DNA of 64,000 nucleotides from Pseudomonadota bacterium (GTDB lineage Bacteria; Myxococcota; JACRCW01; JAFGSX01): NCBI GenBank assembly GCA_043821645.1, contig JBDRCO010000118.1, positions 32,001 to 96,000 of the forward strand, read 5' to 3'. Shown piece by piece: positions 63,318 to 64,000 of this stretch (position 1 is its first letter; each line of letters starts with the position of its first letter). The notes under the pieces were generated by a model. It saw only the letters and a program-made list of their open reading frames with translations, ran no database searches and was not told where the DNA came from. The position numbers and the translations under genes were made by a program.

Positions 63318-64000
63318 ATGCATGGGCTTGATGAGGCTCGGCGGCTCGTGGGCGCGCAGGCAGAACCCCTGCCGGCGACGACGTGCGAGCTCGGCCTGGC
63401 GCTGGGGTTGAGGCTCGCCCAGGCGGTCACCAGCGATCTGGACCTGCCGCCCTTCGACGCCTCGGCCATGGATGGCTACGCCGCGCGCAGCCTCGAGCTG
63501 GTGGCGGGCAAAGCACTGCCGGTGGCCTTCGAAGTGGCAGCCGGCCAAACCCCCGATGCTCTTCCTGCGGGTGCCGTGGCGCGAATCTTCACCGGAGCCG
63601 TGCTGCCTGCGGGCGCCGACCTGGTGGTGGTGCAGGAGCAGGCACAGCTGCGTGACGACGGACGGGTTCTGTTGCCTCCGGCGTCCGCCGGGGAGAACCT
63701 GCGGCGGGCTGGCGAACTGTGCCGGCAAGGGGATGCCGTGGCCGAGAACGGCGCCCTGCTGACCCCCGCGCGGCTGGCCACCCTGGCCGCGGTGGGCGCA
63801 TCCAGGCTCGCCGTGATCCCGCGCCCGCGGGTGGCGATCGTGGTCACCGGTGACGAGCTGGTCGACGTCGCCACGCGACCTGGACCAGGCCAGATCCGGG
63901 ACAGCAATCGCGTGCTCCTCGAAGCCCTGGTGCGCGAGGCCGGCTGCGCGCTGGTGTCGAGCGGCCGCGTCGGCGATCAGCTCGAGGAACATCGCCGCGC
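63318..64000 (+). CDS. moeA: molybdopterin molybdotransferase MoeA (Glp), 3' end outside the window
   Basis: AGGAGG RBS. Manual translation gives MHGLDEARRLV...DLPPFDASAMDGYA...RIFTGAVLPAGADLVVVQE...VTGDELV...GQIRDSN. Missing from the ORF track because no stop lies in the window. Confidence 0.93.
   Translation, partial: MHGLDEARRLVGAQAEPLPATTCELGLALGLRLAQAVTSDLDLPPFDASAMDGYAARSLELVAGKALPVAFEVAAGQTPDALPAGAVARIFTGAVLPAGADLVVVQEQAQLRDDGRVLLPPASAGENLRRAGELCRQGDAVAENGALLTPARLATLAAVGASRLAVIPRPRVAIVVTGDELVDVATRPGPGQIRDSNRVLLEALVREAGCALVSSGRVGDQLEEHRR

Noticed and set aside
63288-63992. Minus-strand 234-aa ORF
   Set aside because: Antisense to moeA, which has clear family motifs on the plus strand.

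Overview
High-GC bacterial DNA whose gene content (MYXO-CTERM-like tails, many Cys-rich lipoproteins, a Pkn-type Ser/Thr kinase) points to a Myxococcota-like or related predatory delta-lineage organism; this taxonomy is inference. The window holds about 32 CDSs, mostly secreted or surface proteins. I found no rRNA, tRNA, CRISPR array or transposase. The main finding is a six-gene minus-strand locus of about 18.7 kb (39043->20381) that reads as a non-canonical Tc (ABC) toxin-like machine. It encodes (i) a signal-peptide-bearing SpvB/FG-GAP/YD/RHS TcB-TcC fusion with a cationic, hydrophobic C-terminal cargo, (ii) a small lipoprotein with a possible cohesin-like fold, (iii) a 2061-aa Cys-rich lipoprotein whose C-terminal ~600 aa follow the motif order of the TcA channel and TcB-binding region, (iv) a 1067-aa Cys-rich lipoprotein, and (v, vi) two secreted paralogues with a shared N-terminal module and different tips, one carrying a phage tail-collar domain. 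Other content: a WtpABC/ModABC-type oxyanion transporter, moeA (partial, absent from the ORF track), a TauE exporter, a DUF362 protein, an RlmN-like radical SAM enzyme, an NCS1 permease, a hybrid histidine kinase, a large predicted outer-membrane beta-barrel, and a recurrent leaderless-promoter signature (TAnnnT-N6-start codon). All family calls come from motif recognition by eye; no database search was run.
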